This document shows, piece after piece, positions 19,676 to 29,787 of a stretch of DNA of 64,000 bases. The notes under the pieces are model-generated. The model made no database searches. It was not told the origin of the DNA and saw only the letters and a list, made by a program, of their open reading frames with translations. The position numbers were made by a program, and so were the translations under genes. The DNA comes from Alistipes sp. (GTDB taxonomy: Bacteria; Bacteroidota; Bacteroidia; Bacteroidales; Rikenellaceae). The stretch spans positions 7,137 to 71,136 of the forward strand of contig JAZNDK010000015.1 in NCBI GenBank assembly GCA_045588005.1, given 5' to 3'. The stretch's first letter is position 1. Each line of letters opens with the position of its first letter.

Positions 19676-19712
19676 GGGGCAGACTAAAAAGAGATTTAGT
19701 CTGCCCCTTTTT
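19676..19712 (+). repeat. REP-like palindrome copy 3 / terminator
   Basis: GGGGCAGACTAAA-loop-TTTAGTCTGCCCC followed by T5. Confidence 0.75.
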
Positions 19713-19785
19713 GTTAGGATAATTGGTTTGCTTTTTGCCGATAAAAGTCTTGTATTTGAAAATTTTTTTTTGTACATTTGTAGCC

Positions 19786-19886
19786 GGTATGGCGGCTTCG
19801 GACCGAAGTGTTCGGTCTTGGGTTGTGGGAAAGTAGAGATAATCGTAAAGAGTAGTCTCGACTGCTACGCGCCTGTGCGGCATACC
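19786..19886 (+). ncRNA. Candidate structured RNA in the fhs leader (divergent SRP/4.5S RNA or cis-regulatory element)
   Basis: Begins just after -7 box TACATTTG (19773-19780); ends pair GGTATG/CATACC; side hairpin GGACCGAA/TTCGGTCT; long interrupted helix. Confidence 0.55.
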
Positions 19887-19945
19887 ACTGAAACGACCTA
19901 AATAATTATTAACCAAAAAGTTCAGCGTGGAGTGCCATGCTGAAA

Positions 19946-21634
19946 ATGAATAAAATTGTAGAGATGAAATCGGATATTGAAATTGCTCGCGAAACGACCT
20001 TAAAGAATATTCGCGAGGTAGCAGCCGGCGTTGGTTTCCCCGACGAGGAGGTATTTAACTATGGTAAGTACATCGCCAAGATACCCTATAAGCTTATCGA
20101 CGATAAGAAGGTAGCCAAGAACCACCTTATCCTTGTAACGGCTATCACAGCAACAAAGGCGGGTGTTGGTAAGACCACCGTAAGCATCGGCCTCGGCATG
20201 GGTCTTAACCACATTGGCAAGAAGGCTATCATCGCTCTGCGTGAGCCCTCGCTCGGTCCTTGCTTCGGCATGAAGGGTGGAGCTACGGGTGGTGGCTACG
20301 CTCAGGTGCTCCCCTCGGAGGATATCAACCTCCACTTTACAGGCGACTTCCACGCCATAACCTCGGCCAACAACCTTATCGCTGCACTCTTAGACAACTA
20401 TCTATACCACAACCGCTCGAAGCAGGTGGGCTTGAAGAAGGTGATGTGGCGTCGTGTACTCGACATGAACGACCGCTCGTTGCGCAACATTGTGTCGGGT
20501 CTTGGCGGCTCGGCTAACGGCATACCTACAGAGACAGGCTTCGACATCACTCCTGCATCAGAGATTATGGCTATCCTCTGCCTTGCCCGCAATGTCGATG
20601 ACCTCTATGCGCGTATCGGCCGCATCGTTCTCGGTGTGCGCTACGACGACACCCCCTTCACGGTCAATGACCTTGGCGTAACGGGTGCTGTGGTAGCCCT
20701 CTTAAAGGATGCTATCAACCCCAACCTTGTGCAGACTACCGAGCACAACCCCGTGATTATCCACGGTGGTCCCTTCGCCAACATTGCCCATGGTTGTAAC
20801 TCTGTAATAGCTACGCGTATGGCTATGTCGTGGGCCGACTATACCGTTACCGAGGCAGGTTTTGGTGCTGACCTTGGCGCAGAGAAGTTCCTCGATATCA
20901 AATGCCGCCAGGCAGGTCTCAAACCCGACCTCACGGTATTGGTAGCCTCGACCCTCGCCTTGAAGATGCACGGTGGCGTGGCCGAGACCGAGATTAAGCT
21001 TCCCAATGCCGAGGGTCTTAAACAGGGCTTCGCCAACCTCGACCGCCATGTGGCTAACCTACGCAAGTTCGGCCAGACGGTGCTCGTATGCTTCAACCGC
21101 TTTGCCAGCGATACCGACGACGAGATCGCTATGGTCATCGACCACTGCGAGAAGCTCGGCGTGCGCTGCGTGATTAACAACGCCTATGCCGAGGGTGGTG
21201 CGGGTGCTGCCGAGTTGGCTCAGGCAGCCGTTGAGCTCATCGAGACACAACCATCAGCACCTATCAACTTTGCCTATGACCTTGAAGATAGCCTCAAAGA
21301 TAAGATTACGAAGGTGGCTAAGAATATCTATGGCGCAGGCTCGGTTGTATTTGGCCCTCGTGCTCAGAAGGAGATTGCTCTACTCGAGAAGTGGGGCATG
21401 GGAAATCTCCCTGTATGTATCGCCAAGACACAGTTCTCGTTCAGTGCCGACGCTAAGCGTTATGGTAGCGTTGAAGGCTTCGAGATCAACATCAAGGATA
21501 TCGAGCTCAATGCCGGTTCGGGCTTTGTTGTAGCTCTTGCTGGCGATATTATGCGCATGCCCGGTCTTAGCAAGACTCCTCAGGCAGGTAATATCCGTCT
21601 TGCCGAGGATGGCAATGTAGAGGGTATCGTTTAA
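19946..21634 (+). CDS. fhs: Formate-tetrahydrofolate ligase
   Basis: [57 protein letters not shown]; start may be 19937, 19946 or 19964. Confidence 0.97.
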   Translation: MNKIVEMKSDIEIARETTLKNIREVAAGVGFPDEEVFNYGKYIAKIPYKLIDDKKVAKNHLILVTAITATKAGVGKTTVSIGLGMGLNHIGKKAIIALREPSLGPCFGMKGGATGGGYAQVLPSEDINLHFTGDFHAITSANNLIAALLDNYLYHNRSKQVGLKKVMWRRVLDMNDRSLRNIVSGLGGSANGIPTETGFDITPASEIMAILCLARNVDDLYARIGRIVLGVRYDDTPFTVNDLGVTGAVVALLKDAINPNLVQTTEHNPVIIHGGPFANIAHGCNSVIATRMAMSWADYTVTEAGFGADLGAEKFLDIKCRQAGLKPDLTVLVASTLALKMHGGVAETEIKLPNAEGLKQGFANLDRHVANLRKFGQTVLVCFNRFASDTDDEIAMVIDHCEKLGVRCVINNAYAEGGAGAAELAQAAVELIETQPSAPINFAYDLEDSLKDKITKVAKNIYGAGSVVFGPRAQKEIALLEKWGMGNLPVCIAKTQFSFSADAKRYGSVEGFEINIKDIELNAGSGFVVALAGDIMRMPGLSKTPQAGNIRLAEDGNVEGIV

Positions 21635-21674
21635 CCCGATGCATAGAGAGGTCTTATGCAACCTCGAAACTATT

Positions 21675-21711
21675 GGCTTGGATGGGAGCTATCCCCATCT
21701 AAGCCTTTTTT
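21675..21711 (+). terminator. Intrinsic terminator after fhs
   Basis: GGCTTGGATGGG...CCCATCTAAGCC followed by T6. Confidence 0.85.
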
Positions 21712-21800
21712 ATCTCGACAACCGATAATGCAACTTTGCAGAGCGAGAAAAAAGTATTAACTTTACACCACGTTGAAGTATTAACCTAAAATGAGATATT

Positions 21801-23924
21801 ATGAGAGTTTATAGAGCACTATCGCTACTGCTTGTAGCACTTACAGCCATAGCCATAGGCTGCACCCCCGAGAATGTGCCTACGCCGCCACCTACGCCCG
21901 AAGAGCCCAAGCCGGCATTCGAAGCCGAGATTACAAAGGTGGGGCGAACAACCATGGAGTTCAGCGTAACACCCTTAGACCCCGATGCCGACTACTTTAT
22001 CTATGTTATGGAGTGTACCGAGGCTGACGACTTCACAAAAGACGAATATATCGTTGCAACCATATATCAGGAGCTTAGCGACAAGGCCGCATCCGAGGGT
22101 AAGCTCTTTACGGAGTATATGGCCGAGTGGGTTGATCGTGGCTCTGTCGAGGGCAGCTTCAGCGGTCTTAGCCTCGACACGGAGTACTACCTCCTAATCT
22201 TTGGTGTTGATGCTGCGGCCGAGTACGAACTCTCAACCGAGCTATATCGCTTCCCCTTTCGCACGCTCAGTGTCGAGCAGTCAGAGGCGGGCTTCGAGGT
22301 AAAAACAACGGTTGTAAACAACAGCGTAACCTTCAACGTTAAGCCCGACGATCCATCTATGAGCTGGCATCTGTTCAGCGTCACGCGCGCCATGCTCGAG
22401 GAATATACCTCGCCAGAGGGAGAGGTTGGTTGGAGCGAGGATTACTTCTTCTCGATGTACTTCCAAGACGAGATTAACAACATGCTACAGAGTGGTTATA
22501 GCCAAGAGGAGGTTATCCGCATGCTTATATTTAGTGGCGAATTGGAGCTCACGGCAAGTGGCCTGAACGCCAACACCGAGTATGCCTATATGGTTGCAGG
22601 CCTCACGCTCGACGAGGAGGGCCTCTTCATCACTACGGGCGTAACAACGGGCTACTACACCACCGGCGATGCGGCTCTCTCGGATATGACCTTCGAGATT
22701 GAGGTGTTCGATATCGGTCAGATGAGTGCGTCGTTTACAATTACGCCGAGCAATAACACCGATAAGTATTGTGCTCTTGTAGCTCCGTGGGATGGGATTA
22801 CCGAGGCTGATGCGATGATGCATATGATTGTCGATCAGTGGGGCGGCTGGATGTCTGTAATGGCTAACGACCGAGGTCCTATCATACATACCGACTTCAA
22901 GCTTCCCGCAGCAGGCACCGATTACTATATCATAGCCTTTGGCTACGACGGCGGCATCACCACCGAGGCATACATGGCAACCTTCCGCACGCTCGATGGC
23001 GGCAAGCCCGAAGATGCACAATTCGAGATGAGTGCCTCGAATATCTCGCCATACGGCTTCGACATAAAAATCGTATCGTCTGATCCAACGATATATTACA
23101 CTTTGGGTGTATGTACCCCCGAAGAGTATGACGAGGAGCTCTTTGTGCAGCTCGAGGAGGAGAACTTCGAATATATCTTCACCGAGTCGCAGGGCTTCAA
23201 CCCGAGTATCACACGCGCCGAGATTTTCGACCAATACTACTATAACGACAACACGCATCTCAGCGTCTCGGGCGTAGCTCCCGAAACGGAGTTTATGGGT
23301 TACATCTATATCTTCGATATCGCGAGCGGTAAGATTCTACGCTGCATAACCTTCGAGGAGCTTACACGCACCTCGGCACTCGGCAGCGTAACGCCCACTA
23401 TCGAGCTTGTAGGCTACTACTCGGGCGACGAGGAGGCCGGCTCGATATTTGGCGAGCCTGCAGCGACTAAGGGCAAGGCTATCACCGTTGTCAAGTATAG
23501 CAACCTCGACGGGGCACGCACACTCTTTACCACGATGGTTGGCGACGACTGCACAAATGCCACCGCCTTCCCCGATGCCGAGCTTTGGGGTCTCACAGCG
23601 GGTCTTTGGCGCACATGTAAGGTTAGCCAGCCCTACACCTTCTATACCGCCGAGTGGGCATACCCGCAGACGGCTCTAAGCTATGCCGTTGATACCTCGG
23701 GGGCTCCGGGCCGAATTGCCAGACTATATACCGAGGCAACAGCCGAGGAGAAACGACCTATCGAGGAGCTTCGTCAGCTATACGAGGAGCTCAACTCTAC
23801 GACAAGTGCTCTATCGATAGAGTCGGTAGTCATTGGCGACAAACTCGCGACGTTAAGCACCTCGTGGCGCACAACACCCGACGTAAAGCCTACACAACAG
23901 AGTTCTATGCCGCGCCTACTGTAA
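21801..23924 (+). CDS. Acidic surface lipoprotein with about four FN3/Ig-like repeats
   Basis: Lipobox IAIG-C, Pro-rich linker, recurring F.V.P.D...Y and L...TEY....G motifs. Confidence 0.75.
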   Translation: MRVYRALSLLLVALTAIAIGCTPENVPTPPPTPEEPKPAFEAEITKVGRTTMEFSVTPLDPDADYFIYVMECTEADDFTKDEYIVATIYQELSDKAASEGKLFTEYMAEWVDRGSVEGSFSGLSLDTEYYLLIFGVDAAAEYELSTELYRFPFRTLSVEQSEAGFEVKTTVVNNSVTFNVKPDDPSMSWHLFSVTRAMLEEYTSPEGEVGWSEDYFFSMYFQDEINNMLQSGYSQEEVIRMLIFSGELELTASGLNANTEYAYMVAGLTLDEEGLFITTGVTTGYYTTGDAALSDMTFEIEVFDIGQMSASFTITPSNNTDKYCALVAPWDGITEADAMMHMIVDQWGGWMSVMANDRGPIIHTDFKLPAAGTDYYIIAFGYDGGITTEAYMATFRTLDGGKPEDAQFEMSASNISPYGFDIKIVSSDPTIYYTLGVCTPEEYDEELFVQLEEENFEYIFTESQGFNPSITRAEIFDQYYYNDNTHLSVSGVAPETEFMGYIYIFDIASGKILRCITFEELTRTSALGSVTPTIELVGYYSGDEEAGSIFGEPAATKGKAITVVKYSNLDGARTLFTTMVGDDCTNATAFPDAELWGLTAGLWRTCKVSQPYTFYTAEWAYPQTALSYAVDTSGAPGRIARLYTEATAEEKRPIEELRQLYEELNSTTSALSIESVVIGDKLATLSTSWRTTPDVKPTQQSSMPRLL

Positions 23925-23927
23925 ACC

Positions 23928-23964
23928 TACGGGGCTGACTAAAATGAATTTAGTCAGCCCCGTA
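23928..23964. repeat. REP-like palindrome copy 4, between convergent genes
   Basis: TACGGGGCTGACTAAA-ATGAA-TTTAGTCAGCCCCGTA. Confidence 0.75.
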
Positions 23965-23986
23965 TTGTGTCTGGATGGTGAATAAA

Positions 23987-24292
23987 CTAAGCGTTGCCCT
24001 TATTGCCGAAAGGCTCAATAACGGGCTGCTTGGTGTGGATATTGATCTTGCCGAAGCTACTCTCGTAACGCGTCACATTCTCCTGCAACGAGAGCAGAAG
24101 TCGCTTAGCGTGCTCGGGAGTGAGTACCACACGGCTCTTAACGCGTGCCTTGGGTAGGCCCGGAAGCATAGTTGCAAAGTCGAGGATAAACTCCGATGTA
24201 GAGTGGGCGATGATAGCCAAATTGCAGTAGTTGCCCTGAGCAACCTGTTCGTCGAGTTGTATCTCGATACCTGTCTTCTTATTCTCTGTCAT
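23987..24292 (-). CDS. DUF3467 domain protein
   Basis: IQL...AQG.Y.NLAIIAHS.SEFILDF...LPG.PKA.VKSR..LTPEHAKRLL; start reassigned to MTENKK. Confidence 0.85.
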   Translation of the reverse strand: MTENKKTGIEIQLDEQVAQGNYCNLAIIAHSTSEFILDFATMLPGLPKARVKSRVVLTPEHAKRLLLSLQENVTRYESSFGKINIHTKQPVIEPFGNKGNA

Positions 24293-24356
24293 AGTGGTTA
24301 TATCTTTTGATGTTAATTCTTCGGTAAAGGTATAAAATTTATTCGAGTACTCAAAA

Positions 24357-24617
24357 TCATGGCACAGGGTCGTAGCCACTGCCTCCCCACGGATGACACC
24401 TGAGCAACCTGCGCACCGTAAGGTAAAGACCCTTAATCGGACCATGCTTACGCAGTGCCTCGATAGCGTATTGCGAGCAGGTGGGGGTAAAACGACACGA
24501 AGCGGGCTTCAATGGCGAGAGTGCCAGCTGATAGAATCTCACCAAGGCTATCAACGGCAGGGCGACAAGGCGTTTAATAACGCGTAGCAACTCTTTCAAG
24601 AATTCTACAAATGGCAT
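24357..24617 (-). CDS. yidD: Membrane protein insertion efficiency factor YidD
   Basis: YQ...SP....[17 protein letters not shown]......[16 protein letters not shown]. Confidence 0.93.
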   Translation of the reverse strand: MPFVEFLKELLRVIKRLVALPLIALVRFYQLALSPLKPASCRFTPTCSQYAIEALRKHGPIKGLYLTVRRLLRCHPWGGSGYDPVP

Positions 24618-24954
24618 GCTCAATACTCTTATATGGCAATATCTCCTTTGTCGAATATACCAGCGCAAGATCTATCTGCTTGCCGCGCTCGGCCGCCTGA
24701 GCCACAAGCTGACTCTTATTCTGTCGGTAGGCCTCCCTCATGCGTCGTTTGAGCAGATTGCGCTTGTTTGCCCTCTTGTGGTAACGCTTAGGTACCGAGA
24801 CCAGAACCTCGACGCCCGAGCCCTCTCCCTCGTCGCAATAGGTCGTATAGCGAAACGGGAAGATAAAGTCGGACTCCCCCTCCGCAAATAGGCGACGTAG
24901 GGCTGTGAGCGAGTGAAGACGCTCCGCCTTGGGAAGTGCCGAGGGGCTATTCAT
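24574..24954 (-). CDS. rnpA: Ribonuclease P protein component
   Basis: [28 protein letters not shown]. Confidence 0.93.
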   Translation of the reverse strand: MNSPSALPKAERLHSLTALRRLFAEGESDFIFPFRYTTYCDEGEGSGVEVLVSVPKRYHKRANKRNLLKRRMREAYRQNKSQLVAQAAERGKQIDLALVYSTKEILPYKSIEHAICRILERVATRY

Positions 24955-24957
24955 AGG

Positions 24958-25818
24958 TTACTGCGCAATCTTCTTAGTGGCACGCACACGCGTCTTCTTC
25001 TGGAGCTTGGTCTGCTGTGCACGGATAAACTCCTCCTTATCGGGATTCTCCTTTAACTCGGCATCCTCAACCTCCTTACCCTCCTCTAACTGACGGCAAT
25101 AGATGTCCAAAGCCTTAACCATCGAGGGTGCTACTGGCGAGGGAGCCGAGGCCTTAACTTTAAGGCCCGCATCCTTAGCGGCACGCAACGTAGCCTCGCC
25201 AAAGGTTGCGACAATAGGTATGCGCTCCACATCGAAGTTCTCGGTGAGAGCCTTAACCTCGGCCGGCGAGTAGAGAGCAATGATATCGTAGCTCTCGGGG
25301 TTGAGCTCCGACATATCGGCAGCCACCGTACGAGCAAAGACCACGGGCGACACTTTTAGCTTGAGTTTTGCAAGGGCCTCCGGCAACTCGGGCTTGTAGG
25401 GCTCGGTGAGCGCGAGGATAAACTTCTCGTCTTTGTGCTTAACGATAAGCTCAAGAAGCGAGTTGAAGGTACCATCGGCAAACGAAATCTTACGCTTGCG
25501 ATAGATGATATACTTCTGCAAGTATAGAGCCACAGCCTCGGTGTTACAAATATACTTCATCGTCTCGGGGACAGTGATTCGGGCCTCCTCGCAGATGCGG
25601 AAGAAGCTGTCGATGGTAGTGCGCGACGAGAATATCATTGTCGAGTGCTCAAGAATCTCCGTACGCTGCGCACGGAACTCTTTGAGCGACACGCCCACCA
25701 CACGGATAAGAGACTTGTAATCTATCTCGAGGTTATGCTTTTCAGAAAATTCGTAAAAAGGCGACTTTTCTAATACAGCCGGCTTGGGCTGCGAGACTAA
25801 AATCTTATTTACTTTCAA
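24958..25818 (-). CDS. hemD: Uroporphyrinogen-III synthase-like protein (Bacteroidetes type)
   Basis: KILVSQPKP..EKSP, TVPETMKY.C..EAVALYLQKYI.YRKRKI.F. Confidence 0.88.
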   Translation of the reverse strand: MKVNKILVSQPKPAVLEKSPFYEFSEKHNLEIDYKSLIRVVGVSLKEFRAQRTEILEHSTMIFSSRTTIDSFFRICEEARITVPETMKYICNTEAVALYLQKYIIYRKRKISFADGTFNSLLELIVKHKDEKFILALTEPYKPELPEALAKLKLKVSPVVFARTVAADMSELNPESYDIIALYSPAEVKALTENFDVERIPIVATFGEATLRAAKDAGLKVKASAPSPVAPSMVKALDIYCRQLEEGKEVEDAELKENPDKEEFIRAQQTKLQKKTRVRATKKIAQ

Positions 25819-25936
25819 GACTTACGCTTTTATTTCTTATTCTAATATACCCACAAAAACTATCGCATCACAAGTGCTAATAAGCACAATATTACCACGT
25901 AACACCCTGCTAATCAAAACACTAAACCCGCGGCCG

Positions 25937-26797
25937 CTACCCCACCATCTTGGTTATCCAAACAGCTACGAAGCTCGCCGGCAGCAAAATTGCGGTGCAA
26001 AGGTACAAAAACCAATGAAATATTGAAATTTTTTTTTCAAGAAAGAACATAAAAGTATCTTTCAAATAGACTGCTACAAAGAAGAATAGCATCACGACAA
26101 GGGGTAATGCAACCACCTCGGCCAGATTAGCGGGAGCTACCAACCACACCGCCGTAGGCAGAAAGAGCACTACAACACAGCGCACAAAGTTGATATAGCC
26201 TATCGATAGCAGAGTTTTTGTTGTATTCGAGCGCGTTGTCCATGCTAAAAGAGCATGCAGAAGGATTGACCATAGCAGGATAGCCAATACAATAAGCACA
26301 GCAACCAACGAGAGGTACGACGACAGCGGGTGCTCATATAGTTCGGCCGTGGCAGGGAGATAGTCATCCACCAAACGGACCGAGACTAACGCTACGGTCA
26401 CAATACCCATTATTGCCGCAGTGAGCTTAAAGCGCGAGATAGGCAACTCACCACCGGCGTAGGCCATATCCTGCTCGCTGCGACGATAATCGAGAAATCC
26501 ACCCCATATCGAACCTATAAAGTGCCACGATCGTAGCAACATATAGCCATAGACCACTACAAAACCTACAACAAGGAAGTGAAAGAGCGGCTCGCCGACC
26601 AACGAAGGCTCCAAAGCAGGAGGTAGCTCCCCCGCCGCCATATACGAGGTATCGCCAAAGAGCTCTCCCACCGTAGCCTCGCGGTAGCCACCCCCTGCAA
26701 CATCACCGTCGCAGAGCACCGACCTGCGACCAAAGAGCTCTCTCGCCGTAGCCGTACGATAGACCGTGCTATCTACTATTGTTGCCAAACTATCCAT
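25937..26797 (-). CDS. DUF4271 family membrane protein
   Basis: Multi-TM, C-terminal FHWFLYLCT..ILP motif, conserved position before hemD. Confidence 0.75.
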   Translation of the reverse strand: MDSLATIVDSTVYRTATARELFGRRSVLCDGDVAGGGYREATVGELFGDTSYMAAGELPPALEPSLVGEPLFHFLVVGFVVVYGYMLLRSWHFIGSIWGGFLDYRRSEQDMAYAGGELPISRFKLTAAIMGIVTVALVSVRLVDDYLPATAELYEHPLSSYLSLVAVLIVLAILLWSILLHALLAWTTRSNTTKTLLSIGYINFVRCVVVLFLPTAVWLVAPANLAEVVALPLVVMLFFFVAVYLKDTFMFFLEKKISIFHWFLYLCTAILLPASFVAVWITKMVG

Positions 26798-28040
26798 TCT
26801 CCACACTTCGTTTCAGGGTTATGCGTATTGTCGTGCCACGCCCAATCTCGGAGCGTACAACAGCGATACGGCCTCCATGATACTCCTCGATAATACGACG
26901 CGACAGCGAAAGGCCCAAGCCCCAGCCTCGTGTCTTAGTCGTAAAGCCGGGCTCGAAAATGCGTGTCCAGCTACTCTTAGCTATACCCTTACCCGTATCA
27001 CTAACCTCGACATATACCTCTTTTTCGCTCTCGCCCACAACCACATCTATCGCACCCTGTCCTTGCAGAGCATCTAACGAGTTCTTCATAAGGTTCTCGA
27101 CAACCCACTCGAAGAGAGCCGCGTTTATCGGCACACTTATAGGAGCTATTGCCAAGCCGTTATAGGTCAGGGTCACATTACGCGGGATGCGGCGACGGAA
27201 ATACATAACCGTATCGCCCACCACCTCGTTGATATTCATTAGCGTAAGCTGCGTCTCGGAGCCAATCTTCGAGAATCTATCGACGATTTTCAGCAGATGG
27301 GTTAAATCCTTAGACATCTCCTCCACCGCAAGCTGATCGACAGGCTGACTACGCAGATACTCCACCCATCCGAGCAGCGACGAGGTGGGCGTGCCGAGCT
27401 GATGTGCCGTCTCCTTAGCTAAGCCTACCCATACACGGTTTTGCTCGTTCTGCTTGGTCGAAGAGAAGGCTATGTAGGCAAATATCGCAAAGATAATGAT
27501 GATTATGAGCTGCACATAGGGAAAGAAGACCAACGCCTCGCCATGTGCACTCGACACAAGATTGGTGTAGTCTGTCGTGCCGTAGTATATCGTAAAGGTT
27601 GTACTGCGCATCAAGCCCGAGCTTACCGATATAGGCTTATTCGTAAGGCTCATCTTCATAATCTCCTCGCGCAGGCGCACGCTGTTGCCGACAATCTCGG
27701 CCGGCAAGTTGGTAATCCAGACATTGAGCCTCTCGTCGGCGATGATAAGAGGCACGTTGGTATGTTCGGCGAGTTTATTGAGCAGCTCGGGGCTATATAT
27801 CATATGGCCGCCGAAGTTTGTCGATTGCAGAATATCCTCCCACATCTCCACAGCATTACGCTCAGCAAGGATGAGCTGCTCGACAGCCGCTTCGTCTTCG
27901 TGCTTCATCTCCACCGACACCCTCCATGTATAGAGAACCGAGAGCGCAGCCAATGCCAAGCCCACAACAATAGCGATTGTTTGTCGGCGCATCGAGAGCA
28001 GATGTGTCGGGAGTTTTATGCGTGGGAAGTGTTTCTTCAT
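26790..28040 (-). CDS. Sensor histidine kinase (no adjacent response regulator)
   Basis: Two TMs; KETAHQLGTP H-box, ENLMKN, DTGKG, GFTTK.RGWGLGL. Confidence 0.95.
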   Translation of the reverse strand: MKKHFPRIKLPTHLLSMRRQTIAIVVGLALAALSVLYTWRVSVEMKHEDEAAVEQLILAERNAVEMWEDILQSTNFGGHMIYSPELLNKLAEHTNVPLIIADERLNVWITNLPAEIVGNSVRLREEIMKMSLTNKPISVSSGLMRSTTFTIYYGTTDYTNLVSSAHGEALVFFPYVQLIIIIIFAIFAYIAFSSTKQNEQNRVWVGLAKETAHQLGTPTSSLLGWVEYLRSQPVDQLAVEEMSKDLTHLLKIVDRFSKIGSETQLTLMNINEVVGDTVMYFRRRIPRNVTLTYNGLAIAPISVPINAALFEWVVENLMKNSLDALQGQGAIDVVVGESEKEVYVEVSDTGKGIAKSSWTRIFEPGFTTKTRGWGLGLSLSRRIIEEYHGGRIAVVRSEIGRGTTIRITLKRSVENG

Positions 28041-28061
28041 CTACATTGCAGGGATAACAAA

Positions 28062-29771
28062 TCAGTGCATATCGAGGTCTTCCTCTCTCAGTATTCGGCG
28101 GTACTCCTCCTCATCGAGAAGTAGCTCTATGGCTCTATCGATAGTCTCGTCGTTCGCCGCAGCATGCTCCACAGCACCCTCATTATAGGCGTAGCGCATG
28201 ACAATATCGCCATTCAGGGCATCGATAATCTCGCGTCGGTAGGTCTCCACATTCGACATCTTGTCATCCTTAACCAAGGCTTTGAGCGCAGCGAGGGCCG
28301 CACCTAACTCCTCGTCGTAGAGATCCTTCTCGACAGCCTCCTCCAAACTATTCAACGCACGTCGCGTATCCGACTCGTAGGGCACATCCTGCTCAGCGAT
28401 ATATGCCGCAAAATCGGCATAGTCGCTATCGGTTATCGAGAAGGTGCGCACATCGATACTCTTATCGTGGTTCTCGCGCATGTACATATCGGCCCAATCC
28501 TCCAAAAATCCCATGGCGTAGAGTGTCAGTGCAAAGCGGCTAACATATTGGGGCTCAATCTTAACGTCGGGGACTATGCCTCCGCCATCATAGACCTTGC
28601 GGCCACCTCGTGTGCGATACTCCGTGATTAACGAGTCGGGGACACGCTGCACACTGCCATCGCTGCCTCGCATGGCGTAGTTCACAGCCTGAATACAGCG
28701 ACCCGAAGGTATATAGTACTTGGCCGTTGTATATTTGAGATAGTTGTTGTAGCCCACATGGCGTGTGCCCTGCACCAAGCCCTTGCCATAGGTGCGCTGG
28801 CCCATAATTACCGCGCGGTCAATATCCTGCAACGCTCCCGAGAGTATCTCCGAGGCCGAGGCCGACGAGCCGCTCACGAGCACGACGATAGGCAGGTCGG
28901 TAGCCAAGGGCATATTTCCGGTACGGAACTCCCTGAGCGACGATGAGTCGCGACCCATAATCGAGAGCACCTGCTCGCCACGTGGCAGAAACAACGAGGC
29001 GATATTTACAGCCTCATGCACCAAACCACCACCATTAGAGCGATAGTCGAGGATCAGGCCTCTGAGCGAATCTTGGGCCATAAGTCCTTCGAGGGCACGA
29101 CGCACCTCGTCGTAGCTACCCTCGATAAAGTCGTTATGGCAGATATATCCTATGCCGTCGCGGATGATACCCGAGTAGGGAACACTCGGAATGGTGATGT
29201 GGCGACGACGCAGACGCAGTGTATCGACCTCACTCGTATAGCTTCGCTCGATAACCACCTCTACATCGGTCTCGGGAGCACCTTTAAGACGCTTACTCAC
29301 CTCGCCAACCTCCATAGACTTGGCATCGGCTCCATCGATAGCCAAAATCTTATCGCCCACCTTAATACCCGCCTCATCCGAGGGCGAGCCCTTGTATGGC
29401 TGGGCAAAGAGCACATAGTCGCCACGCTTTCTAATCAGCGAGCCGACACCGCCATAGCGGCCCGTAGTAAGCACCTCGAAGGCCTCCATAGCCTCCTCCG
29501 AGAGGTACTCCGAATAGGGATCGGTGGCACGCACCATGCCGTTTGCTGCATACTCCAACAACTTATCGGCATCTACCTCATCGACATAACCCACCTCAAA
29601 CTCTCGCATGATATTGGCAAGCACCTCGGTAGCCTGTCCGAGGCGGAAATCGGCATCCACACGCTCGCTCTGCTGGGCACTCACGCCCTGCATCACAGAG
29701 CATAGGGCCACAACCGCCATAGCTACGCCATATCTGCCAAATCCAACCTTCATATCTCTTAGCATACCCAT
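28062..29771 (-). CDS. S41 family C-terminal processing peptidase
   Basis: DPYS, PDZ domain, LD.R.NGGG, SASASEI.SGALQD, T.GKGLVQ. Confidence 0.95.
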   Translation of the reverse strand: MGMLRDMKVGFGRYGVAMAVVALCSVMQGVSAQQSERVDADFRLGQATEVLANIMREFEVGYVDEVDADKLLEYAANGMVRATDPYSEYLSEEAMEAFEVLTTGRYGGVGSLIRKRGDYVLFAQPYKGSPSDEAGIKVGDKILAIDGADAKSMEVGEVSKRLKGAPETDVEVVIERSYTSEVDTLRLRRRHITIPSVPYSGIIRDGIGYICHNDFIEGSYDEVRRALEGLMAQDSLRGLILDYRSNGGGLVHEAVNIASLFLPRGEQVLSIMGRDSSSLREFRTGNMPLATDLPIVVLVSGSSASASEILSGALQDIDRAVIMGQRTYGKGLVQGTRHVGYNNYLKYTTAKYYIPSGRCIQAVNYAMRGSDGSVQRVPDSLITEYRTRGGRKVYDGGGIVPDVKIEPQYVSRFALTLYAMGFLEDWADMYMRENHDKSIDVRTFSITDSDYADFAAYIAEQDVPYESDTRRALNSLEEAVEKDLYDEELGAALAALKALVKDDKMSNVETYRREIIDALNGDIVMRYAYNEGAVEHAAANDETIDRAIELLLDEEEYRRILREEDLDMH

Positions 29772-29787
29772 AATCCGAAAACCATCA

